IMG/VR virus record: IMGVR_UViG_3300043423_000010
Span: 1 to 37,177 of that record
Origin: a virus
Taxonomy: Duplodnaviria; Caudoviricetes
Direction: 5' to 3' (one strand)
Length of the DNA: 37,177 bases
The notes under the pieces were generated by a model. The model did no database searches. It was not told the origin of the DNA and saw only the letters and a list, made by a program, of their open reading frames with translations. This document shows, in pieces, positions 9,210 to 18,122 of this stretch. Positions within the stretch are counted from its first letter, which is position 1. Each line of letters starts with the position of its first letter. Position numbers and translations under genes: made by a program.

Positions 9210-9974
9210 TCATGCAGCAACTTGCCACGTTTCAGTATTATCAGATATTGGAGTCCAAGTCTCTGACGTATCACTAATAGTTGACCACGATTCTGACGAA
9301 TCAGAAGCAACTACCCAATCAATTGATGTGGATGAAATGTCATTCCACGTTTCATTTGTGTTGTCCTCATTTTCCCACCTTTTACGTCCATAAATGTATG
9401 TGGTGGATTCGCACGAAACTGTGAAGCCTTCTGATTGGACGCGAACACCATCAATGACAACTCCGCTTGAACCTTCAAAGTTCATTGGCTGGTTGACAAT
9501 AACTTGTGAACCAACCGTCATCACGGCATCGTCAAAGACGTTCATCTCAGCCAGCGCAACACGCAAGCCGCTGACAGTTACTGCACTTACGTCAGTAGAT
9601 GCAAACGCTCCAATGGCGTAACGTAGACCAGAAACAGAGACAGCAGACGTAGCTGCAGCAGTTGCAGCGCCTATGGCGTAGCGTAGGCCAGCGACAGAGA
9701 CAGAGCTGGAAGAAGCAACAGCAGCAGCGCCAACTGCAACGCGAGTACCAGCAACAGCAACTGAGCTGGTGGCTGCAACCGTGAATGAAGCATCAGGCTT
9801 GACGACATTGGCAGCAACGGCAACTGAGCTTGAAGCAGAAACAGCAAACGCGCCTATGCAGACGCGTTTTGCCGATACAGACGCTGTTGAAGTGTCTGCA
9901 ATTGCTACGGCTCCAAGAGATACTCCGAAGGAGTAATTGCCCCCGCCGTAATAGCCAGAGCCGTATGCTGCCAT
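9210..9974 (-). CDS. Putative virion structural protein with internal repeats
   Basis: YGSGYYGGG N-terminus, ~19-aa Ala/Ser/Val repeats, C-terminal 10-aa Trp-periodic repeats. Confidence 0.6.
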   Translation of the reverse strand: MAAYGSGYYGGGNYSFGVSLGAVAIADTSTASVSAKRVCIGAFAVSASSSVAVAANVVKPDASFTVAATSSVAVAGTRVAVGAAAVASSSSVSVAGLRYAIGAATAAATSAVSVSGLRYAIGAFASTDVSAVTVSGLRVALAEMNVFDDAVMTVGSQVIVNQPMNFEGSSGVVIDGVRVQSEGFTVSCESTTYIYGRKRWENEDNTNETWNDISSTSIDWVVASDSSESWSTISDTSETWTPISDNTETWQVAA

Positions 9975-9976
9975 GA

Positions 9977-10375
9977 TTAGGTCAGAGTAACTGTCAGGCT
10001 AGATGCAGGAATACGGAACACATCGCCATCGTTGATAGTGCGTGATGTGGTCAATTCAGCCCATGCCAACATATTGCCTGATGTTGAAGCATCAAAGATG
10101 GCAGCGTGAGTCACAGTACCCCAGTTGCCGCCAGAAGCAGCAGCAAACTCAATTGCAGCCGAGTTTGTGGCAGTAGTTGGTGATGTGCCTGAAACGCTGA
10201 TTGTTCCAGTTGCAACACGTGCGTATGCGTTACCAGTGACTTCAGTACCACCACCAGTATCTGATGGGGCTGCTGTAAACAGGCCAACATACCAAGCTGT
10301 TGGACGTGTTGCTGAGTTGGTCGTCAGCAGCCAGTTGAGAACTAGGTTCTCGGTGTAATCGCTAAAAGATGACAT
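9977..10375 (-). CDS. Virion structural (tail/fibre-associated) protein
   Basis: YVGLFTAAP...GTEV...YARV...WGTVTHAAIFDASTSGNML motif set of a common phage structural family. Confidence 0.65.
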   Translation of the reverse strand: MSSFSDYTENLVLNWLLTTNSATRPTAWYVGLFTAAPSDTGGGTEVTGNAYARVATGTISVSGTSPTTATNSAAIEFAAASGGNWGTVTHAAIFDASTSGNMLAWAELTTSRTINDGDVFRIPASSLTVTLT

Positions 10376-10385
10376 CTGTTATTCC

Positions 10386-11006
10386 TTATCCAAAAGTTCT
10401 TGCCCTTGCAACCAAAGCACCACCAGATGTAGCGCCACGGTCATCAGCAACTTGCAAGTCTTCCATTGCTGACGTATACATCGTTGCCCATACTGAGATT
10501 CTCGCATCATCCTTTAGGTATGGCGCAGCTTGCAGCAAAGCACCGTACAAATAGACATCAGGAGCAGCAGTCAGCAACCAGTTTGAATCAACAGTTGATG
10601 ACAACTTAGTCAACTTTGCGTAATACGTGAGTTCAGCCGTGTAATCAGAATCTGGAACTGGAATAGTGCGAATCTGAGAACCAACAATACTGAAGAATCG
10701 TGGTTTGCTTGAAGATGGGTATTGAGCTTGCAAACTGTCCAATGCGTCAATAGTCTCAAACTGCAAAGGAGTCACTGGATTCGTTTGCAGCTTGAGAGAT
10801 TTGACTTCAAGAAAGTCAGATGGAACCAAACCATACTCAGTGCTGATAGTCGCATTGGCACGAACAATCATCTGACGTGTGCGCAACTTACGCTCAATTT
10901 GAGCTTCAGCCATCGAAATGAAGTCTGGGATTGTTGCTGTCAAATCAGTTCGGTTGAGCCAATCTGCAACTGAGGACTTCAGCTCTGAGTAGGTAGAGAG
11001 TGCCAT
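10386..11006 (-). CDS. Head-tail adaptor protein
   Basis: TYSELKSSVADWLNRTDL...FISMAE...NWLLTAAPDVYLYGAL; position after capsid. Confidence 0.7.
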   Translation of the reverse strand: MALSTYSELKSSVADWLNRTDLTATIPDFISMAEAQIERKLRTRQMIVRANATISTEYGLVPSDFLEVKSLKLQTNPVTPLQFETIDALDSLQAQYPSSSKPRFFSIVGSQIRTIPVPDSDYTAELTYYAKLTKLSSTVDSNWLLTAAPDVYLYGALLQAAPYLKDDARISVWATMYTSAMEDLQVADDRGATSGGALVARARTFG

Positions 11007-11665
11007 TAGGATGCCCTTTGTGCTTTATCCAAGTCACGCATCACCCAAGTGTGTTCGTGCCTAAATTCAAATGTCCCAATGTGTCCGATTTCCTTCGACA
11101 CATCGTGGTCTATGTATATTTTAAAGCCAGCAGCACGTGCTTTGCGACAGAAGAAAACATCTTCGCCAATATAGCCACGCTTGTCTGTACGCCAAGGAGT
11201 TTCAAACCAAGGCTCTGACAATGACTCAAACACCTTGCGTGAAATCAACATCACGCCCATACCGATGGACTCGACTTCTTCCAAGCCTGTTGACTCTGGC
11301 ATTGAATAGACAAGCTGGCCTTCCAAGCCGCGAGCTGTTGGTCCTGTTGGCATACGACGACGAGCGCAGTTAGTAGCCACAATGTCTTTGTCATGCGCCA
11401 GCAAACGTCCAGCCATGTCTTGTGGGAACGTCATGTCTGAGTCAATGAACAAAACGTGAGTACAGTTTTCACGCATTGCTTCAAGGCACAAGTCTGCGCG
11501 TTGATTCTGAATCAATGTGCCTTGGTTGATCTTCAGGCAGATTGCGTCAGGGGTGTTCAGTGTGTGGTACGCCACCATATTGACCAAACAGAACGTGTAG
11601 TTCGAATGGACCATATCTCTTGCTGGTGTGCATACTGCGATGTATTTGATGGTTTCTTGTGTCAT
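11006..11665 (-). CDS. GT-A fold glycosyltransferase-like protein
   Basis: HVLFIDSD (DxD), GMGVMLI, GEDVFFC and IGH motifs. Confidence 0.75.
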   Translation of the reverse strand: MTQETIKYIAVCTPARDMVHSNYTFCLVNMVAYHTLNTPDAICLKINQGTLIQNQRADLCLEAMRENCTHVLFIDSDMTFPQDMAGRLLAHDKDIVATNCARRRMPTGPTARGLEGQLVYSMPESTGLEEVESIGMGVMLISRKVFESLSEPWFETPWRTDKRGYIGEDVFFCRKARAAGFKIYIDHDVSKEIGHIGTFEFRHEHTWVMRDLDKAQRAS

Positions 11666-11668
11666 TTT

Positions 11669-11983
11669 TTATACTTGTCCTTCTTTCACGCGAAAGAATT
11701 TGTTGTCAGGGTCGTTGAGCCAACGCTTCATGTAGGCATCATCATTTAACTTGCCTTCAGCTTGCAGCTTGTAATAGATTGAAAGAGGAATACGAGCAAC
11801 ATGGTGGAACTCACCTTTCCATCCGTTGTTCTCTGATTGAGTCAAATCCATCTTGTTCATCTCAATAATGGGATTCACATCTTGGATTGTTTCAATCGTT
11901 GCCTCATCCTTCTCTGCATCGTAATGCCAGACCTTCTTCAAGCCTGTGTATTCGTCATAGTCAAAGAGTCGTGATTCGTTCAT
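11669..11983 (-). CDS. Conserved hypothetical protein downstream of capsid
   Basis: 104 aa ORF with HVARIP and WLNDPDNKFFR motifs. Confidence 0.7.
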   Translation of the reverse strand: MNESRLFDYDEYTGLKKVWHYDAEKDEATIETIQDVNPIIEMNKMDLTQSENNGWKGEFHHVARIPLSIYYKLQAEGKLNDDAYMKRWLNDPDNKFFRVKEGQV

Positions 11984-11985
11984 AT

Positions 11986-12014
11986 AAAAAAAGGGGCGAG
12001 TTTCCCCGCCCCTT
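11986..12014 (-). terminator. Rho-independent terminator after the major capsid gene
   Basis: AAGGGGCGGG-GAAA-CUCGCCCCUU followed by a U-tract on the minus strand. Confidence 0.85.
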
Positions 12015-12026
12015 TCCTTGGTTTGA

Positions 12027-12989
12027 TTAAGAAGTAATCAAGTCAGCAGCCAAGCCCATTGCGTTCTCAGCCAACACTTTGTGACCCCACTCAACGATCA
12101 GCATACGCTTCTCAGCGTCACCAGTCTTGGCAAGTTCAACTTGTTGGTAAGGACGCAGAGTGGTCATCTTAGCCATGTCAGTGTCGATCACCCATGCGTC
12201 ACGCTCGCGCTGGAAGCGGTTAGCGATAACTTGCACGTTGCCGAAGTCAGACACGTAGATGTCAACAGCGCCAACCAAAGTCGCTGGCTTTGCGCCACCG
12301 TCAATGTTGAAGCGGCTTGATGCGATACCAGAGAAGCCAGACACGCGCTGCTTGTTCACTGGACCAACCATCAACATCTTTGGTGTACCACCAGCAGACC
12401 ACACCTTTTGGATGACGTTCTTCAAGATGGTTTCAGTGAAGGTACGCACGTTGCCGTCTGTACGAGCAGATGTTGGCAAAGTTGTGTAGTCAGGATTTGC
12501 ACCGTTGGTTTGCATATCCACGTTGGTCTTCACAAAAGCGCCCAACGAAGCAGTACCGCGAGCGGTTGTGCTGTTACCAGCAGCAGCCACAGCGCCATTC
12601 AACAATGTGAATTCTTGGTCACGCTTCAACTCAGCACCGCGCTTGGCGATCTGGTAAGCCAATTCAGACTTACGACCAGCCTTGTTGACGGTTTCTTCAG
12701 TAGCAGACAAAACGATTGTCTTGCGGCTGATCTGAGCGTAGTTTTGCATACGCACAGTTGCTGTCACAGCGTCAAAAGAAGTGATGTCATCGCCTTCCAA
12801 CTGCTTGTTAGCAGCAGCAGAAGCCAATGCGTCAGTCTGCCACTCGTACAACGAGTTGCTGATTGACTCACGACCGATGTTGCTCATGTAAGGAGTTTCT
12901 TCGGGCGAGATGTTGGTGATGACGTTGCTCAGGTCTTCACGGATGCCTTTGGCATCAAAGGTGGTGAATGTGTTAGTTACGATTGCCAT
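12027..12989 (-). CDS. Major capsid protein (DUF5309/SU10-like)
   Basis: REDLSNVITNISPEETP, YEWQTDAL, NYAQI, ELKRDQE and LAKTGD motifs; follows scaffold and precedes a terminator. Confidence 0.9.
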   Translation of the reverse strand: MAIVTNTFTTFDAKGIREDLSNVITNISPEETPYMSNIGRESISNSLYEWQTDALASAAANKQLEGDDITSFDAVTATVRMQNYAQISRKTIVLSATEETVNKAGRKSELAYQIAKRGAELKRDQEFTLLNGAVAAAGNSTTARGTASLGAFVKTNVDMQTNGANPDYTTLPTSARTDGNVRTFTETILKNVIQKVWSAGGTPKMLMVGPVNKQRVSGFSGIASSRFNIDGGAKPATLVGAVDIYVSDFGNVQVIANRFQRERDAWVIDTDMAKMTTLRPYQQVELAKTGDAEKRMLIVEWGHKVLAENAMGLAADLITS

Positions 12990-12998
12990 TTAAGTGCC

Positions 12999-14012
12999 TC
13001 ATTTCAAAAGAAGTTCAATTGCTTTAGCCGCATCATCGACACGACCAGTTTTTGCAAGACGCTGTTTTGCGCGAGTACCTTCAGTTGTTGGAGAGACCCG
13101 ACCAGCAGCACTAGGCTTTACTGGACGTGGACCGTTGTTGACTACGGGTTTGATGTCCTTACGCTTGGACACCATCTGGTCATACAACGCTGCTTTACGC
13201 AACGTGATGACAGCCCTGTGGTCAAAGACATTCTTGAGTTCATCCTCAGAGTAACCAACCTTCTGTCCAAACTCGATCAACAAAGCCTTTTCAGCCTTTG
13301 CCTTCTTCTCGTCTTTCCATTCAGGAATGGCTTTGATGAGTGCTTCACTTTCTTTCGCAAGTGTCGCCTTCATCTCCTCTGACTGTTGTTGCGCAGTAAG
13401 CTGAGAAAGTCGCTGCTGTTCAGATTGAATAGCTGCTTGTCGCTCTTGCTTGTCGCGCACTAACTCTCGCTGGCGTACCCATTCAATGGGGTCTTCTGCG
13501 TAAAGACGGTCCCAATCAATAGGCTGTTCACCAGCCGACTCAAGTTGCTGTTGCAACGCTCCCAACAATTGAGCGTACTGTTCACGCTCGGCACGAATAG
13601 CAGCAGCTTCAGCTTCAACCGCTTTACGGGTTTCAGCGATCTGTTGCGTCTTTCGTGTGTAGTCTTGGGTTCTGCTGTAACCTTGCTGGAGTTCGTCCAA
13701 CGTCACTTCGATTTCCTTGCCATCAACTTTGACGGTGAAAACCTGTGGTTGTTCGTCTTCCTCAGTTTCATCAGAATCTTCTGACTGTTCATCTGTCGTT
13801 TCGTCACTTGACTCGTCGTCTTGCACGTCAAGTTCTTCATCAACAGATGCCGCGTCATCCTCATCGGATGACAACTGCGCCTCATCTACTTCTTCGGCTT
13901 GTCCTTCTTCAGGGCCGAATAATTGAGCGAGGGCACTGGACGCTTCGTCCACTGACATTGGACCTGCGGGGATGCTCCCTGTGGGGTTGGCGTTTCCGTC
14001 TGACATTTCCAA
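12999..14012 (-). CDS. Capsid scaffolding protein
   Basis: Very acidic N-terminus, VKVDGKEIEVTLDEL..GYSRTQDYTRKTQ, coiled coil; upstream of capsid. Confidence 0.85.
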   Translation of the reverse strand: MEMSDGNANPTGSIPAGPMSVDEASSALAQLFGPEEGQAEEVDEAQLSSDEDDAASVDEELDVQDDESSDETTDEQSEDSDETEEDEQPQVFTVKVDGKEIEVTLDELQQGYSRTQDYTRKTQQIAETRKAVEAEAAAIRAEREQYAQLLGALQQQLESAGEQPIDWDRLYAEDPIEWVRQRELVRDKQERQAAIQSEQQRLSQLTAQQQSEEMKATLAKESEALIKAIPEWKDEKKAKAEKALLIEFGQKVGYSEDELKNVFDHRAVITLRKAALYDQMVSKRKDIKPVVNNGPRPVKPSAAGRVSPTTEGTRAKQRLAKTGRVDDAAKAIELLLK

Positions 14013-14018
14013 ATTCCT

Positions 14019-14285
14019 TTATACCAATGATTTCTGAGCGCGTTCGATCTGACGCTGTGCAATCTTGCCGTTGTCCATGATCTTGTTGATCTGGGTACGG
14101 AATTGCTCAACGGCTTGAATCATGTGCCACGCGCTCTCTCTTTTCACGGTGTCCTCTGGCTTCGTTGTTTTCCAAAGCCAGACGGCATCGTTCTCCATTT
14201 GCAGCAGTGCTGCTGAAAAGGCCTCGTCTTGAATCAGACTCTCAGCCTTTTTGCCCTTACGGACGGTTTCTTGGTTATCGCTCAC
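14019..14285 (-). CDS. Small head-module protein between portal and scaffold
   Basis: 88 aa ORF abutting both neighbours. Confidence 0.65.
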   Translation of the reverse strand: MSDNQETVRKGKKAESLIQDEAFSAALLQMENDAVWLWKTTKPEDTVKRESAWHMIQAVEQFRTQINKIMDNGKIAQRQIERAQKSLV

Positions 14286-16562
14286 TTAGACCATTCCTTG
14301 TGGGTTGATGGGTTGCATATACGGCTCTTGCATCTGAGGCTGCGCTTGTTGCACTGCGTTCTGAACAATTGCCGATTGCTCTTTAACAATCTCTCGATTC
14401 ACATTCTGCTCTGCCACGATTTGGGCAGTGCTGATCTGTGTGTTGTACTTTAACTCAAGTTCGTATTGTTTAAGTAGTCGATCTTGATTCATCTGATCTC
14501 TGCGGAAGTCATCATCAAGCATCATTTGTTGACGCTTCAGCTCTAGTTCCGCTGCTTTCTTCTGAATGTCAGCTTGAATCGACTGTGCTTGCACTTGAGC
14601 TAAGACTTCTTCAGGAGATGCCTTTTGCTCTTTGACTGGAGCTTTCCAATCGTCAGGCAAATCATTGATATAGCTGGATGCGTCTTTGAAGCCAGACATT
14701 TCAACCATCTTGCGCAAAGTACGGACGTACTGCTGTGGAGTCACAACAGGGTTATCCAAGCCGTATTGGTTGATGATTGACTCTTGCTTTGCCGCGAATT
14801 GAGCCAAAGCAGCCAACTTCTCATTGGTGTCGCCATTGCCCAAACCGATGTTCACGGTCACGTCCATTGATGTGTCCCATGAACGTGGGTCGATCTGCAC
14901 CCACTCATTGCGCAGACGAATCATTCGAGCTTTGTCTTGGTGTGTGACCGTCAAGAACAAAATCTTCTTGAACAAGGTCTTCATGCCTTCAGCCAGCAAA
15001 CGTGATGTCAGCTCAATACGACCTTGGCTGGCGCTGATGGTGGCAGCAACAGCGGCGCGTGTGGACGACTGCAAAGCGTCAGCGTTCAAGCCCATAGCTG
15101 CTTTGCTCATGCCAGTACGGTCTTCCTTGATGCTGTCCACGTAGTCCAGCATTGGGAAGGCTGCTTGACCAACAAACGGCTGTGCGAATGTCTGCACCAT
15201 GTTTGGCGCGCGCATACGGATGACAGCGCCTGTCTCGTTGTTCAGTACGTCATCCATATTGACTTGGCCTTCAACCACGGCTGTGCGTGGGTGAATAGAC
15301 TGAGCCAAGGAGTCCAGCGTGTTACGCAGAATCTCAGACTTGATCTCTTGGATGTCGTGAGTGATGTCAAAAATCGAACCAGCTTCCAGTGGCGATGTAT
15401 GTGGCTCTGGGTCACATGGGAACGCCACGAATGGAATGTAAGCTGAAGGCAAGTTGCGCTTGACTTCGTAGCTTGGACCCATTGTGCAAATCTTGCGCAA
15501 CTCAGGGATGCCGTCACCGTCAAAGTCAACACGGATGTAGATTTCGCAGTACAGGACGCGCTGCTCCATTGGGTTGGCGCTCTCAGCCGTGAACTGTTGG
15601 TTGTTCAAGGCATGACGAGCCAAGTTTTCTTCGTTGTCAGCCAAGTCAGAAGAACCAACGTATTCCATCACCTCGTCTTCATCGTAGCCAATTGAGATCA
15701 ATTCAGCCACGGAAGCCATCTTGCGGCGACCAATGATGGGGGCGTTCTCAAAGTCAAGTGCCTGACGTGAAAGCAGCAATTCCTCTGGAGCAACAGAGCT
15801 GACACGAATATGACCAGATTTGACGATGCGCTTGATTTCAACATCGTGCAGCATGGCTGGTGGAGGAATTATCGGCATACCAGACACGGGGTCAACCTGT
15901 GTCGGCATCTGCATTGCGTCTTCATCTGGGTAAGACACAACAATCTTCATCTCTGCTTCTGGCTCGTCCATCAGCATCTGCAATGTTGCATCGTCAAGTC
16001 CAGAATACTGCTCAATTCGGACTTCTTCTGTTTCTTCCCAGACGGCTTCCATGATGCCGCACTTACGTGCCAAAGCATCCTTGAAGGTAGCGTAGGCCGT
16101 CATAAAGCCGTTGTTGTCATTGCTGAACACGTAGTTCGCATAGTCAGTGGCTTGCTGCGCGTTCTTCACATCCTCTGGACCACGTGGCACAAACTCAACG
16201 ACATTCTCAGTGCTGAAGAAGACGCGCATCAAGGAAGGCATCATTGCTGAGATGGTGTCGCGTGTCTCCATAGCCACGACTTGTGAACGACCTTCTTCTT
16301 CATTGCCGAAGGGGTCGCCACGGTAGTAACGCGTAGCCATCGCACGAATAGGCGACAAGTCTGAGTCAATGTAAGAAACAGCGTCCACGATTTCCTGACC
16401 GACCATTGCTTCCAAGTCGGTGTCATCCATCTGCTGGTGTTCTGCTTCTTCCTCTTTGACTTCTTCAGGGTCTTTCGACTCCATCAAGTCTTCAATCTGC
16501 TCTTTGGCTTTATTGAGCAAAGCACTTGTAGTCTCGGACTCAAACTCGTATGGAACTTTCAT
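14286..16562 (-). CDS. Portal protein (P22-like)
   Basis: 758 aa; YYRGDPFGNEEEGRSQVV, AQQATDY, DFDGDGIPE motifs; Gln-rich coiled-coil barrel at C-terminus. Confidence 0.9.
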   Translation of the reverse strand: MKVPYEFESETTSALLNKAKEQIEDLMESKDPEEVKEEEAEHQQMDDTDLEAMVGQEIVDAVSYIDSDLSPIRAMATRYYRGDPFGNEEEGRSQVVAMETRDTISAMMPSLMRVFFSTENVVEFVPRGPEDVKNAQQATDYANYVFSNDNNGFMTAYATFKDALARKCGIMEAVWEETEEVRIEQYSGLDDATLQMLMDEPEAEMKIVVSYPDEDAMQMPTQVDPVSGMPIIPPPAMLHDVEIKRIVKSGHIRVSSVAPEELLLSRQALDFENAPIIGRRKMASVAELISIGYDEDEVMEYVGSSDLADNEENLARHALNNQQFTAESANPMEQRVLYCEIYIRVDFDGDGIPELRKICTMGPSYEVKRNLPSAYIPFVAFPCDPEPHTSPLEAGSIFDITHDIQEIKSEILRNTLDSLAQSIHPRTAVVEGQVNMDDVLNNETGAVIRMRAPNMVQTFAQPFVGQAAFPMLDYVDSIKEDRTGMSKAAMGLNADALQSSTRAAVAATISASQGRIELTSRLLAEGMKTLFKKILFLTVTHQDKARMIRLRNEWVQIDPRSWDTSMDVTVNIGLGNGDTNEKLAALAQFAAKQESIINQYGLDNPVVTPQQYVRTLRKMVEMSGFKDASSYINDLPDDWKAPVKEQKASPEEVLAQVQAQSIQADIQKKAAELELKRQQMMLDDDFRRDQMNQDRLLKQYELELKYNTQISTAQIVAEQNVNREIVKEQSAIVQNAVQQAQPQMQEPYMQPINPQGMV

Positions 16563-17092
16563 TTCTTGCCCTTTTGCAATATGACGTACATGGAGTCCAC
16601 CGCCCGTGGAGTCCTCAAAATCTCATCTTGTGGCAATTTTAGACTTTCCCCGACCTTTGAGAGCGTGAACTCCAGATGCTTTAAATGGAAACGGTCTTCC
16701 CAACCTAAGTACCAATGCCAATCGGTGTAGTACAGCCATGACTTCTCATTGAACGCTCGGACGTGGGTGGGGTCTTGCCAAGCACCATACGACAAGTCGT
16801 ACGGCACATGAATACGCATCTCGCCACCATCTTTCAGCAAGTCCTTGCAGTTGGTCATAGTCTTAACCAAATCAGGCACGTGTTCCAAAACGTCATTTGC
16901 CAAGATCACATCAAACATCTCATGCTTGACTCGGAAGTCGCCTTTGCGCGTGACCAACAAAGAACCCCAATGCACGTCTTGGATGTCTAGACACCAATCA
17001 GATTTGATTCGGCGCTGGATGTCTGCGTTGATGCAGTCCTCACGCCAATCTTTGCCAGAGCCTAAATTAAGAACCAAAGAATTGTTCGACAT
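16559..17092 (-). CDS. Class I SAM-dependent methyltransferase
   Basis: LNLGSG (motif I), NAD, DVLEH, LKDGG and DPTH motifs; start moved to MSNNS. Confidence 0.85.
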   Translation of the reverse strand: MSNNSLVLNLGSGKDWREDCINADIQRRIKSDWCLDIQDVHWGSLLVTRKGDFRVKHEMFDVILANDVLEHVPDLVKTMTNCKDLLKDGGEMRIHVPYDLSYGAWQDPTHVRAFNEKSWLYYTDWHWYLGWEDRFHLKHLEFTLSKVGESLKLPQDEILRTPRAVDSMYVILQKGKK

Positions 17093-17765
17093 ACTGTGGA
17101 CGGTTTTCCTGAATCCAAGGCAGAGCCTCAAGGACTAATTTTTGAGCGTTAAGGCCAACTGTTTGGCTCCCAACGTGGTGGACATAAGAAGTGGAGACGT
17201 AATGCGAGTACCCCTTGGCTGACATATCCAAGCAGGACACGTCATCTGAGTACCAGTTCAACGGACCAAAGCGTCCGTGGTTCCAAGCATCACGCGAGAC
17301 ATAAGCAAAGATCGGGCTGACGACATCAGTAGGGAAGATGTAGTTCTCAGCGTGGAACTTCATCATGTCTATTTTCTCGTTCTCCCGATTGAACCTGATG
17401 TTCTGCACAGCGCGAGAAGCATCGCAACGAGCAGCAACCCACCCAACCGAAGGCTCCAGCTCGCGTATCGTAGAAACGTCTTCAAGTAATCGGGCATAGC
17501 TGGTGGGGGTCAAAACAACATCGTCATTGCAGACGATGCAAGCTGTGTGGTACTTCAAAGCATCGTCGATGATTTCGTTGTAGTCCTCACCGAAGTTACG
17601 CGCCTCACCAACCATGATGCGGACATTTGCAAGATTTTCCAGCTTGCCAATCACGGACTCAGGGCCGCGAAGGTAGACAAACGCTTCTGGCGCGTATTGC
17701 TTGATTGATTCAAGCAGTACAGGCAATCCCTTGCCGTGTACTGTGGAGATACAGATTGGAATCAC
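17067..17765 (-). CDS. Glycosyltransferase family 2-like protein
   Basis: CNDDVVL (DxD-like), WYSDD and YVHHVGS motifs. Confidence 0.8.
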   Translation of the reverse strand: MIPICISTVHGKGLPVLLESIKQYAPEAFVYLRGPESVIGKLENLANVRIMVGEARNFGEDYNEIIDDALKYHTACIVCNDDVVLTPTSYARLLEDVSTIRELEPSVGWVAARCDASRAVQNIRFNRENEKIDMMKFHAENYIFPTDVVSPIFAYVSRDAWNHGRFGPLNWYSDDVSCLDMSAKGYSHYVSTSYVHHVGSQTVGLNAQKLVLEALPWIQENRPQYVEQFFGS

Positions 17766-17953
17766 TTTTTAGCCATGTGCTTGGCTGTACGCTGACCGCG
17801 CATCGGCATTGACTTGCCAGCAGAACTCAAGGCAATAGCAATGGCTTGCTTGGGGTTTTTCACAACCTTGCCGCCTTTGCCTGAGTGCAGTTTTTTGTCT
17901 TTAAATTCACCCATGACAGATGCAATTTTCTTAGCTGCTTCGGAAATCTTCAT
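17762..17953 (-). CDS. Small basic protein (DUF6496-like)
   Basis: VMGEFKDKKLHSGKGGKVVKNPKQAIAIALSSA motif. Confidence 0.7.
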   Translation of the reverse strand: MKISEAAKKIASVMGEFKDKKLHSGKGGKVVKNPKQAIAIALSSAGKSMPMRGQRTAKHMAKK

Positions 17954-18122
17954 ATCATCACCCTTTAAAAATATGGTCAGAAATTACCCAAGTATTCTGC
18001 TTGTCATTCGTTGCTTGCGGCAATAAGTCAAGCGAGTCATCAGGTCTATTGGTTCAACTCGTTTTTTCCGATGCTGTTTCAGCTTCCGAGATTAGGCAGG
18101 AGCTACCTGCCACCAAACTAGA

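Noticed and set aside
12027-12060. Programmed frameshift extension of the capsid protein
   Set aside because: No slippery sequence at the 3' end, and a terminator follows immediately.
18030-18065. Hammerhead ribozyme (CUGAUGA on the minus strand)
   Set aside because: No correctly placed GAAA and no room for stems I and III.
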